Assembly: GCF_035594765.1 (NCBI RefSeq)
Contig: NC_085844.1
Span: 163,386,107-163,450,106, forward strand
Direction: 5' to 3'
DNA length: 64,000 nucleotides
Source of the DNA: Anolis carolinensis
Taxonomy: Eukaryota
Shown here: positions 24,940 through 36,292 of the stretch, piece after piece
Position numbering within the stretch: the stretch's first letter is position 1
Layout: each line of letters begins with the position of its first letter
Position numbers and translations under genes: made by a program
Notes under the pieces: generated by a model
Told to the model about the DNA's origin: nothing
Seen by the model: only the letters and a program-made list of their open reading frames with translations
Database searches by the model: none

Positions 24940-26402
24940 TTAAATAACAGCAGGATTAAAGCCGATTAGAATTTTACTTTAAAACAAGATAAAAATGGTA
25001 TCATAAAAGCACTGTTCTTATACCCAAAGGCTTGCTAGAATGAGGTATTAACTTACTGGTGTAAGGAAAACAAAGAAACAAAGTCTTCCTGGCATCCCTA
25101 GGGAAGGAGTTCTAAAACAAAACGTGGAAGCAATCACAGAAGAGGTCTTCTGTCGTGTTTCCACCATTCGTGCCTCTGAAAGCAGCATGATAGAGAGATG
25201 CCTCCTCTGCAGATCTTAAAGCTCAGGCAGGTTCATGTGGGAAGATATTGTCCCTCCTGAGCCATATAGTGCTTTGTAGGTCAAACAACACTTTTAATTG
25301 TTATTAGAAACAAACCAGCTGCCAGTGGAGAGCGTTGCAAAGAGAGAGTTGTGTACTTCCTGTGAGAGTTTGCAAAAAGACACCATGATGGAATGAGTTG
25401 ACTGGAAAGGCATGTGGCAACAGCTAATTCGCTGAGCCAGTTAGGAGCCAAAATTCCAATTGGCTGATGTCTCTAGCTCGCTGTAGAGACAAACTACCAC
25501 TTTCATCTCGGAGAGGGAGGAGAGCAGCTGACTGGAAATTGGTCAGGAAGGAAATGGCTGCCATACTCTCCAAAGCCTGATTATTTATAAAGCAAATTAG
25601 GCATATTTAAAGAGACTGCTTATTCCCTATATTCTCTGTGTGAATTAAAAACACTGTTGTATATATTGTTGCCCTGTCCAAACTTTTGAACTAAAGTAAA
25701 GATATTCTTACCTGTTGCACAAGCTTGTATGACATTTTATTGTACTGCAGGGTTTATCTTGATTCAGAAACTGTGGTAAAACTTCTATTTATTTATTTCT
25801 ACAACCATCAACATTTCCTGTAAGCAGCCCTGCAAATCTTTGGCCCAGTTGAAGTTTTTGAACATTCTTCAAAGGCAGCTTCATGTAGAATGCATTAAAC
25901 CAATTGGGATGTAACTACGGTAGTACAGTACATCATTCAGAGCGAGGAATTATATCTTAACTGCCATAGCTCCATCCTATGGGTTTCTTGGATTTGTAGT
26001 TTCATGTGGTATCAGAGCTATCGGACAGAAAGGAGCAAATGTTTCACAAACCTACAAATCCTAGAATTCTGTAGCATTGAGTCAGTTAATGGGATGTCAG
26101 ACTGCTATAGTTGTGCAGTGTAGATACAATATATCTCTCTACAGCCAAGTTAGACATCTCAAGGAAGGGGTGCAACTGGTGTACAGGCCTTAATTGTGCA
26201 AATGAGCTCTTGGCCGCTGCAGAAGCCTGGACGTGCAAAGCCAGAGCTGAATGCAGCACTGTGCCCAAGTTGCAGACCTGGATTTTCAAGGGGAATGTAA
26301 TCTTATCTAACATAGACTGATTCACTGTTTCTTGATCTGCATTACAACTGACCAGGAGCACCTTCGTCTTGTCTGGATTGAGTTCCAACTTCTTCACCCT
26401 CA
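24940..26402 (-). mobile_element. Old L2 3' fragment split by a solo LTR and a degenerate palindromic MITE (~25921-26130)
   Basis: Minus ORF 26086-26403 (KLELNPDKTKVLLVS...SFAQLR) matches the L2 RT at 3540-3760; nucleotide similarity to 3290-3480 continues on both sides of the LTR. Boundaries approximate. Confidence 0.75.
25361..25813 (+). mobile_element. Probable solo LTR (453 bp)
   Basis: TG...CA termini; flanks CTTCC / TTTCC (4 of 5 match); removing it restores the host L2. TATA-like TTTATAAA at ~25585 and AGTAAA at ~25695. Confidence 0.65.
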
Positions 26403-26759
26403 TCTACTTCAACCACAAACCCTGGATGTTCATTCAATGCATGTGATTTAGCTAATGCTACCAACAGCATTTAGCTCTCAGGCATTGTTTTATATTAGGT
26501 GCCTTTCTAGTGATAGAAATAAAGGTTTTAAAAATAATTTCTGTACAAGTTTCATGTATCAATAAAAAGATAAAAGCTACAGGGAGAACCACAGTTTGTA
26601 GTCTGTTACTATAATCACACTAGGTTTTTCTCTCACACAAAGTTACTGTAAAGGGTGTTTGGCATTTTTAAAAAAAAATCAGAATTACTGTCTAGTCACA
26701 GTAGCTCTCAGTTTTTAATAAGATTCACATTACTGAATTGTGCCATTTTTTTCTACTAG

Positions 26760-26854
26760 ATATCATACAGGTTCCCTAGCATTTGGCTCTTTAATTCTTG
26801 CCATAGTGCAACTGATTCGAGTAATCCTGGAATATCTGGATCACAAACTCAAAG
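26760..26854 (+). CDS. SLC44A5: SLC44A5 internal exon (YHTGSLAFGSLILAIVQLIRVILEYLDHKLK)
   Basis: TAG acceptor, GTGTGT donor at 26855; phase 2/1; hallmark RYHTGSLAFG. Confidence 0.95.
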
Positions 26855-27231
26855 GTGTGTTTCCTGAAATTGCACAATTTTTGTTTCTGTTTGATAGTGT
26901 ACATTTGTCATAACATTTTTGAGAACTGTATCTTGATGTGATAGAATTTAAATAAATTGCTCAAAAATTGGAAACTATCTTGGCATGATACACTCTATAT
27001 ACATTTCTCAGAAGTATCATTTATTTAATTTTGTTATTTTAAATAGGAAAAACAAGGGTGGTGCGGTATGGGAAACACTAACGTGTCTTGTGTGCTGTAA
27101 TTCCAACAGTCCAGCAGGCTGCTGGGAAAATTCAGTGCATTGGTATTGTCCTAATACACAACTGAATTTTAATATGGTATTTTGCACAATATTGTTGCAG
27201 ATCAACACAAAAGTATTAGTGCAAACAGAGT

Positions 27232-27366
27232 CTGTGGTTCTCAATCTGTGGGTCCCCAGATGTTTAGGCCTTCAACTCTCAGAAATCCTAACAGCTGGTA
27301 AACTGGCTGGGATTTCTGGAAGTTGTAGGCCAAAACACCTGGGGACCCACAGGTTGAGAACCACTT
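27232..27366. mobile_element. hAT MITE (family of 2634-2768)
   Basis: Near-identical body; termini slightly mutated; TSD not evident. Confidence 0.88.
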
Positions 27367-27460
27367 GTCCAAGCCAAGGTGCATGTCATTTTTGCCTTTG
27401 AATGGCAGTTCTTCATTCTTAATGTGGTTTTTTGGGATTTTTTTTTGTATTTTGGGTTAG

Positions 27461-27564
27461 GCTCACAGAATGCCTTTGCTAAGTTCCTCCTCTGCTGCCT
27501 GAAATGCTGTTTTTGGTGCTTGGAAAAATTTCTCAAATTTATCAACAGAAATGCCTACATCATG
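27461..27564 (+). CDS. SLC44A5: SLC44A5 internal exon ([34 protein letters not shown])
   Basis: TAG acceptor, GTATGT donor at 27565; phase 1/0; hallmarks CCFWCLE and NRNAYI. Confidence 0.95.
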
Positions 27565-29331
27565 GTATGTATTTTGGTCTCCTTTTCTTGTATGCTACTA
27601 TAGCATTTCCTTTTCTAAAGAATGGCTAATAGTGTACCAAACACTGTCCCCACAGGCTTGATTTAAACTATAATATTTAGATTTATTTCTAGTAGCTCTG
27701 GGGTAAAAATCTCTGATGAGTTTCTTTACTGCTGCTTACAAAGATAAGTATTTTCACACAGCTAAAATTGGTCCTTAGAAAAATGTAGCAAGCATGGTCG
27801 ATCGATTATTGGATAACATTGCCCTTTTCCTGCAGGCTACGGTAAACCTATCCAAATCATATTCATGGAACTAAAAATTAGAATGGTAGCAAAATGAAAA
27901 ACTGTTTGATTTGGGGGGGGGGAGACAAAATGTAAAGTAATATTTAAAATTCTGTATGACAAATGAGAAACATTACACCTAACTAGGTTGTTTTACCAAC
28001 TAATATGCATATTATTTCAGCAGAGGCCAATTGAGAAACTCATCAGGAATGAATAAAAGGGGCTTCTTGCAGTGCAGTGGGATTTTATGAGTCCAGGGTA
28101 TTGTGATAAATATCTTATTTCAATTTGATCAACACAGGGTTAGATCCCCAATCTGGCACAAGGTGGCTTTCATTTTGAATGGTGGCTTCCTTGCCTGACA
28201 CATTTGGGGCAAGTATGAAAAACAAAGATATAAACCTAATCCAAGTGTTAGCCCAAATTAGAGCAAACCACTTGATTTAATGGGATTTCTATAAGTGTGA
28301 ATATACCTTGCCACAATTGTTTCAATAGGTCCACACTAGTTGAGACTAATAATTGGATTTAGGTTACAAAAGGGTAACATGGCTTGCAGACCTATGCATT
28401 TTTGATGTTTGCAATGTAGACAGTGGGGCTTACCTCTGAGTAGACATAAATAGGATTGTCCTGTAAACGTGAAGTAAAAATGTCAGATGATATCCTGTCT
28501 CAGAATATAAAGAATAATTGTAGCCATACTTGGACTGACTTCATTATTAAAGTAGTATCCAAATGAAAAGCACAGTTCTGCTTTTCTACCTATCCAGTCA
28601 CAAAGGCATGGAAGATTGTAGCTGTGTGAGTGTTGTAAAAGCAAACAAACACACCCTCATCTTTATCCATCCTTGCTGTTCAGTTGTTTTGGGTCTTAGA
28701 AATGAAATCTAGTCTCTTGAATTTTGCCCAGAGGATTCAAAGACGCCTGCATGGATCACGGAGCATGGCTATGGTGTGTACTCTCAGTAACCCAGTGGGC
28801 AAAGCAATATATTCTGAACCAGCTGAGACTGCCAGACATATTTCTTCTTTAGTGCCATATAGAAGGCATTAGAGTCGCTTAATCTTGAGGCTGCTAAGGT
28901 TGTTTGGGGTCACTCGCTGTAAAGTGTCAGAGGGAGATGTAGTTATTCCTGAAGGTCAGAACAACTGTAAGGCTCCCTTTGCCCGTCAGCATTGAGTTGT
29001 GTCATGTATTTTTTCATTTCTCCAAAAATCACACAGCTTATTCCAAGCCATCTAGAAACAAAAGCAAATTTCCAGGATCATTTTTTGTGCTCCTTTATAA
29101 TGACCTGAATACTTTACATATGTACAGTTTAGCTTCTATGAAATATATTAATATCCCTCTGTAAGTGGCTAAGATCCAGCCTTCTGGGATGCAAAAAATT
29201 GGATGATTTTGCCCATACATTGAGAATATAATGCCATACATTTATTTATTTCCTGGTGTCATTAGTCCAACAACATGTTTCTATAAGTGGATTTTCACAC
29301 AAATACGTTAACAGCTGTTAATATTTTGCAG

Positions 29332-29405
29332 ATTGCAATATATGGTAAAAACTTCTGCGCCTCAGCAAGAGAAGCTTTCTTTCTTCTCATGAGAAATGTA
29401 GTAAG
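29332..29405 (+). CDS. SLC44A5: SLC44A5 internal exon (IAIYGKNFCASAREAFFLLMRNVVR)
   Basis: TTTTGCAG acceptor, GTAAGG donor at 29406; phase 0/2. Confidence 0.95.
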
Positions 29406-29835
29406 GTAAGGAAGGGTTCAACACACCGTGCTTAAAATTTCGTGTCACTTATAAATAATACTCTTTTAATTTATTTAATATATATTTTAACACCTGAGTC
29501 ACAGAACCAGAAAATTAGGGATTAGAACCCAAGTGGAGGTTGGTCCCAGCTAAATCCGTGTCATCAGATTTGGATGACATTTACCATTTCATCTATTTTT
29601 CCTTTGTATCCCCATGGAATTTGCAGTACCTCTTGAAGTTCTCTTACCAATTTCCTTTGCAAAGTTACAAAATGCAGTAAGAAAATAAGCACTATATAAC
29701 ATCCAGAATAAGGAGAAATAAGTGTAAAATCTATCAAGTTGCTATTCCAAAAAGAAGTAAACAGAATGTTTTCCATGTAGCCATCAGTGCTTAAGTAAAT
29801 ATAATTCTTTGCCTACTATATAATAATACTGTATA

Positions 29836-30549
29836 TAATAATAACTTTATTTTTGTATCCCACCTCCATCTCCCCTAGGGGACTCGGGGCGGCTCACACA
29901 GGACAAGGCCCAACAAACAATTAAAATGTAAATTACATAAAAATGCAATTCAGAGTGTTTACAGAATAAAAATAACATTCTAACAATAAATAGTAGGATT
30001 AGTCAGCAACCAAACAACAGTCTCTGTTATCTTCATGGGTGGGTGGACTAATTGCAGCAATGAAAGATAGTAAAGTGCATAATCATATGGCAGCAGAAAG
30101 GGCAGTGGTAAAGTGCAAGAATAGATTATTGGTCCCATTTGGGCCTGACTGTCTGAAGGACCGTCTATTCAAAAGCACAATGAAACATCCAGGTCTTTAA
30201 TTCTTTTCAGAAGGTGGACCGGGGGGGGGGGTGCTAGCCTGATCCCCCTGGGGAGGGAATTCCAGAATTGGGGGACCACGGCTGAGAAGGCTCTCTGTCT
30301 TGTCCCCACCAATCGTACTTGTGATGAAGGGGGGAGCAAGAGGAGGGCCTCCCCAGAGGGTCTTAGAAATTGTGCAGGTTCATAGGGGAAGACGCGGTTA
30401 CGAAGATAGGCAGGTCCCAAACCGTTTAGAGCTTTCTAGGTAATAACCTGCACCTTGAATTGGGACTGGAATGTTATCGGCAGCCAGTGGAGCTGCTTAA
30501 ACAGGAGGGTTGACCACTCTCCGTAAGTTGCTCCGGTTAATAATCTGGT
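29836..30549 (-). mobile_element. L2 3' fragment
   Basis: Minus ORF 30169-30420 (GPAYLRNR...RAFSAVVPQFWNSLP) and an L2-type 3' end GGGACTCGGGGCGGCTCAC. Confidence 0.88.
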
Positions 30550-30550
30550 G

Positions 30551-30565
30551 CTCTCTCTCTCTCTC

Positions 30566-30613
<48 letters not shown>
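30551..30613. repeat. Compound (CT)n(AT)n(AC)n microsatellite
   Basis: Directly visible. Confidence 0.95.
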
Positions 30614-30616
<3 letters not shown>

Positions 30617-30639
30617 TATACTATATATTAATGCTAACA

Positions 30640-31098
30640 GGGGCCGGGCTTAGCACAGTGGGTAAACTACTGTGCTGCAGAAAAATCCTGCCAATCGAAA
30701 GGTTGGTAGTTCAAGCCCAGATTGGGGTGAGCACCCGCCATTAACCCCAGCTCATGTACCCACCTAGCAGGTCAAAAGCAGAAATGCAAGTAGATAAATA
30801 GGTACCGCTTTTATCAGAGAGATAATAAAGATGCCTTTAAGGACATTGATTGGGAGGAAGCTCCTTGGCATGGAAGATGGAGCCACAGCACCCCCCCTCC
30901 CCCCACTAATGGCTGGTATCGAGCACAGACTCCAAGATGCCAGAAATAAGATGGGAAAACTGTATTTACCCTCTGTCTGTCCTGTCTGTCCTTGTTAATT
31001 GTATAATTGGCATTGCATGTATGCTGTTTTTGTGTTCTGTAAGCCGTTCTGAGTCCCCTTTGGGGTGAGAAGTGTAGGAAATAAATACTGTAAATAAA
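30640..31098 (+). mobile_element. tRNA-type SINE with L2-derived 3' tail
   Basis: A/B-box-like head (TAGCACAGTGG...GTTCAAGCC); body AGTAGATAAATAGGTACCGCTTT; tail TAAGCCGTTCTGAGTCCCC...AATAAA resembling the L2 3' end. Antisense copy at 47419-47842. Confidence 0.8.
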
Positions 31099-31359
31099 CA
31101 GCAAGATGAGAGAGGAACAGCCATTTTCATGCACCATATTGAATTAGCCATTTTCTAATAATTTGAAATGCTAATTTTTAACATTGGGATGTTAATTAGG
31201 AATTTTAGGGAGTGGGGGGATTTTTTCCTATTAAACTAGATCCTTCACTGTGCTGAAACTTTTGGGTCACATTAGTCTTAATAATTTCAGAAGGTAGCTG
31301 AAAGCAGACAGTTTGGAAAAGAAAAGCTTTTCCACTCTTATCAATTCTTTCTTTCATAG

Positions 31360-31430
31360 AGTTGCAGTGTTGGATAAGGTGACAGACTTCTTATTATTCT
31401 TGGGGAAAATCCTTGTTGCTGGAGGTGTGG
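31360..31430 (+). CDS. SLC44A5: SLC44A5 internal exon (VAVLDKVTDFLLFLGKILVAGGV)
   Basis: TAG acceptor, GTAAGT donor at 31431; phase 2/1. Confidence 0.95.
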
Positions 31431-31924
31431 GTAAGTCAGTGCATTATTTTGATTCAACCACTGATTGAAGACAACAGGCAATTTGGCAAAAAGAGTTTTC
31501 AATGAAGTCTTTCTAGTTTGTGCCAATATAATTCAGTCTTGCAGCATTTTTATAACCTGTATGTAAATCATTACAGGAAAACCTCGTTATCTTGGTGTCT
31601 CTCAGGGCATCTGTTAATCAGATAAACAAGGAACTGCTTAGATTATTGTATTGGTGTGAATCTAAAGAGAGCACAGGCAAAATAATTTGTTCAAGGATGA
31701 GTTGAAACCAAAGGCTGAACCACTATAAAAAGAAAAATAAAGAAAAATGTGTCCTTCCAGCAAGACTTGAAAGATGGGATTTCTCAACCCATTATCTGCC
31801 TTCAGATTCCTGTTTTCTAGAGTTGTTGTTAGAGGAATTCTGAACCAAAATAGGAATCATTCAAACAAATTTGGCTGCTATCTAAATCAAAATGGAACTT
31901 ATTTAAAGTGGACTGCACCTAAAA

Positions 31925-32070
31925 TGACTTCTCTTATGTCCCTGCATAGGAAGCTAGAGCTTACAGACAGGAGCTCACCCCACTCCCTGGATTTGAACTG
32001 CCAACCTTTTGGTCAGCAGTCCTGCTGGCACAATGGTTTAACCCATTGCACCTGGGCCACCAGAGGCTCC
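31925..32070 (-). mobile_element. SINE 5' fragment; overlapping family fragment at ~38470-38660 (-)
   Basis: Both share GCTAGAGCT(T/G)ACAGA...GGAGCTCACCCC...CCCTGGA; B-box-like GATTTGAAC in reverse orientation. Confidence 0.6.
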
Positions 32071-32887
32071 ACTACCTTCTGAATTATTTGACTCTAGGAC
32101 TCTTATCTTGTGTATAATGAAGTATATTTACTGTTATTGCTTGTACATTCCTTTATAACGCAAATGAGATTTGTCTAAGATGAAACCATGAAATAGCAAA
32201 ATTGATTAATATTTGCCTTGTGCTTAAGGACACATTCCTTGGGCTAATTAATTTACATGGCTTTCTCTCCCTGCTTAGTATAGATGCTATCATAAGCTAA
32301 TATCTCAATTTATCATGAACTACGTATATTGAATCAGATAAATGAAAATAGTTAAAAAGCAGTCCAAGAGAAAAATGAGAGTTGTTTTAAAAATCAGATG
32401 TTTCTTTTTTTCTCTTTTTCAACTGGCTATTTTATTTTACTATCTTTTCTTATTTGTAAAACCCAGTTTTGTTGATATAAAATACCATATCACTGATTAA
32501 AATCTGGTTCTACAAGCCTCCTATGAATAATTCATCTGAATGTCAGTTTTTGTTCCACTGAAAATAGTGGAACTAGTTCATGTGATGATTTGTTGCTCAG
32601 AAAATTCAATATCAATTACTTCTCCCCAACACATGTGAATTTACTTTTGTATATTGCATAATCTGCTGTTATAAAAAAAAGATTTTAAGGGGGTTTTCAA
32701 CTTATTCCTTGTCTGAACATGTGTTGATTCTAAAATGTATGGTGGTGTATTTGTATGGACTCCTAGAACTGGTATTGCCTTGTGTAAGTCGTCAGGTATC
32801 TTTTAGAATAGCATGGGAGATAATGCCTTTAAGTGCTGCCAAGTGCATTTGTTGGCATCTGATATCCTGTGTTTTCTCCTCCTGCAG

Positions 32888-32976
32888 GTGTCCTAGCCTT
32901 CTTTTTCTTCACACACAGGATACCGATATTCACACACGAGGCACCATCGCTGAATTACTATTGGGTCCCACTCTTG
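32888..32976 (+). CDS. SLC44A5: SLC44A5 internal exon ([29 protein letters not shown])
   Basis: CCTGCAG acceptor, GTGAGG donor at 32977; phase 1/0; hallmark LNYYWVP. Confidence 0.95.
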
Positions 32977-33341
32977 GTGAGGACAGTTTGGATCTTCTTA
33001 GAATTTAAAAATCCAGGACTTTGTGTCAATATTCAGCTTGGTGTGGGCCTGAAGAGGCCTGCCAAGGTCCACCCCAAATTGTTTTTAAAAATTTGTCTAT
33101 CTATTTATCATCTAGCTATCTAGCTATCTGTCTATCTATCTTTCTTGGAAAGGGAACAATACCTAGAATTTTATGCATCAGGAAATGAAAAGGAAATAAA
33201 GGAAGAAACAAAAGGAACAACTCCATTAGCAAGCAACTCAGTAAGGGGAGATGAAAGCAAATAATGGTATTTTAGGCTTTCCTCTTGCTGCACAGGTGCA
33301 GATTGATTATAGGCCTCTGGTTTGGTTACTTTCCTCCATGG

Positions 33342-33476
33342 CAGTGGTTCTCAACCTGGGCTCACCTGATATTTTTGGCCTTCAACTCCCAGAAATACCA
33401 AACGCTGGTAAGCTGGCTGGGATTTCTGGAAGTTGTAAGCCAAAAACATCTGGGGACCCCGGGTTGAGAACCACTG
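33342..33476. mobile_element. hAT MITE (family of 2634-2768)
   Basis: TIR CAGTGGTTCTCAACC...GGTTGAGAACCACTG; TSD degraded. Confidence 0.9.
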
Positions 33477-33728
33477 CTCTACTGAGACAGTGTTGCTGAA
33501 TAAAAGCTATCATGAGTTACCTATTCTTCTCTTCTTCACATTCCTCTCTGAATCCTTCTTGATCTCCCTTCTTTCTGGGCTCAGTCTCTCTATCTTCTTT
33601 CTAACCTTTCATTCAAGATGATGCTCTCTCTTTCTTCCTAAAACCTTGACAATATTTTCTAAGACCTGAAAGGACTCTTCTATGGTCCATATTTACACCT
33701 GTACACGTGCAATGGACCTCTTAGTAAT

Positions 33729-35004
33729 TGTCAAGAGTCAGACGCCAGTTAACAAACAAAACAAAGTTTATTCTGAAGATAAGCCAAAAATAACACAAAA
33801 ACAAGCCATGCTATTTTCCCATGCTGGCATTCAATAAAAACTAAGAACGCTTCAATTCAGCTTTGGAAAAACAAATAGAGTTGACTGCAAGATAACATGC
33901 AAAATAAACGAAGGCTTGCAACCTTCCAAAAGCTGCAGAGTATAACAGAAAGTGCAAAAGCTTCTTTTAGCTTCAAACCGTTTCTGAAAACAGACAGACA
34001 GCTCTGCGGAGTTAAAGGGACAGTTCCCAAAAGAAAAACAGCAAACTGGCTTAAAAACAAACAAACTAGAAGAGCAGTAAACTGCTTCCACGGTGCAGAT
34101 AAAGCCGAAGCTTCAAAGGGATGATGAATAGCAGTCGTCAGGAGAATCCAAGGTCAGGTCGAGAGGCAGCAGCAAATTCCAGAAGTCAGAAGCCGGGAGT
34201 AGTCGTCAGTCAGGGAGCGTAGACAGAAGCCAGGTCAAATTCAATCCAAAGTCCGAAGAGGGTGCAGTCATCCAAACCAGGTCCACGATAAGACACAGCG
34301 AGAGCCAAGCCAGATGGTATCAGCAGCTAGAAATAGTAATCAGAATGCAGTCCAGGGAAACCCACACAGTTCCATCCCTCTGCCGTAAAGCAGTCCCAGA
34401 TAACTTACATCCGAATCACAGTCCAAGTCCAGTCTTCACGGAAACACAGAGATCCCAATGGCGCCTCAGCAACACCTTGCCACACGCAAAGTGCATTGGC
34501 CAAACATTCCCATTTTATTCCCCTTCCTCCTGGGTGAACCAAACACTCACACCCAAACACCAGGTGTCCCAAATCTACTCAGAGTCCGAACTCCACACAG
34601 CTAGAGCTCGTGGATCCAGAGTACCTAGCAATTCATCGGAGTACCAATCATCCTGCCCACACTTAGCCCCATGAACACTTAAAGAACCATCCTCCCTTCT
34701 CCAAGCATCCCAAGTGGGATCAGCTCCTGCAGAAACCCCAGGTTCAGTAGTATCCATAGGCCCCAAATCCCCAGACATCTCTGGTGGCTGTGCCCATTCA
34801 GTGCCCACTTCCCCAGCCACCACCTGTTCCTCAGCATCCATTTCCCCAAACTCCCCATCTGAATCTTCCTCAGAAGATCCCCCATATAGCTCTCTAAGTC
34901 GCTTCCTGCGCAACTCCTCCAGTGAACTCTCATCACGAGGGTTTTTTCTTCCTCTTCGGATCCCATCACCATCAACCATAATCCCCGAAGGCGCAGTCAC
35001 AACA
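33729..35004 (-). mobile_element. Solo LTR (1276 bp; Gypsy- or BEL-type, unresolved)
   Basis: TG...CA termini; perfect 5-bp TSD GTAAT (33724-33728 / 35005-35009); minus-strand AATAAA at 33767-33772 near its 3' end; CpG retained. Confidence 0.85.
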
Positions 35005-35558
35005 GTAATGCTTGTGTTTCTGTGGTGTGATGTGCCAGTGACTACACTGATATTAATCCTTATAATCCTCTCCTCAATATATCTGCCAGGGGAATTTTAA
35101 CCAATATTGTTTAAGGCTGTTGCTAGTTTATAGCACCAATATACCAGTGATCAGAAAATATAAGCGCCTTGAACATTCAAAGCATGGAGTCAAAATTATT
35201 TGTTGCTTTAACAATGTAAACATGACTTTCAGGTAAGGGCAGATGTCCCAATGACCCTGGTGTGAGCAATAGGGGAGGTTTAGCCATTCTCACAGTTGCA
35301 GCCTCAGTTTAGATCAGGCATTGTGGCACTTTCAATTACAGTGGCCCAAACCAATTCAGGGTCCTGTTATCAATGCAGAACAAAGGTTTGAAGCATCTCT
35401 GATCTTCCACATCAGGTTCCAATTGTATGGAAGAGAGACAAGGTCAAAAACTTAACACAACTGATGATGGAGCAGGATTCAGTGTATGGCCAAGAAGCAT
35501 GTAATCCATGTGGATTTTACCTTAGTGCTAACAGCCTACTAGCCAGGGAAGGTTAGCA

Positions 35559-35930
35559 CAGGGGTCCTCAAACTTTATGAGCTGAGAGCTGGTTCACAGT
35601 CCCACAGACTGTTGGGGAGCTGGACTATACTTTGAGGAAAAAAATGAATGAATTCTGATACACATTGCACATACCTTATTTGTAGTGCAAAAAAACACAA
35701 AACAATATAATATTTAAAATTAAAAACAATTTTAACCAACATAAACTTAGCTATTTCAATGGGAACTGTAGCCCTGCTTTTGCCTGATGAGTCAATTAGG
35801 ATTGTTGTTCTTGTGCACCTTCAAGTCGTTTCAAAATTAGGGCAACCCCAAGTCAAAAGTTTAGGGCAAGGCTGGGTAAATAACTTGGAGGGCTACATCC
35901 TACCTGCGGGCCTTAGTTTGGGGACTCCTG
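35559..35930 (+). mobile_element. Non-autonomous hAT, OposCharlie1/OC1-like termini
   Basis: CAGGGGTCCTCAAACT...AGTTTGGGGACTCCTG; perfect 8-bp TSD GGTTAGCA. Confidence 0.88.
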
Positions 35931-36207
35931 GGTTAGCAGTAGTACTAAAAATGCTCCGACATGACTTTTACCGAATTTACAAAAGCACTTTAGAGCTGCA
36001 CGTTTTCTGTATTTAAACTAAGAAGTGCTTCATGTCAACTTTTCCAGCCTAGTGCTTTCCAGATGCATTGGACTACAATGTCTTAACATCCCTGGCTAGG
36101 AATAATGGGAACTGTTGTCCAACCCATCTGGGAAGAACCAGCATAGCGGTAGGATTGCTTTATATAAAATAAGGTCTAATCAACATATATTTTCTTCCCT
36201 CTCTCAG

Positions 36208-36292
36208 ACTGTCATTATAGGTTCTTACCTAGTTGCACATGGGTTCTTCAGTGTCTATGCAATGTGTGTTGACACACTTTTCCTCTGCTTTT
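36208..36292 (+). CDS. SLC44A5: SLC44A5 penultimate coding exon ([28 protein letters not shown])
   Basis: CTCTCAG acceptor, GTAAGT donor at 36293; phase 0/1. Confidence 0.95.
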
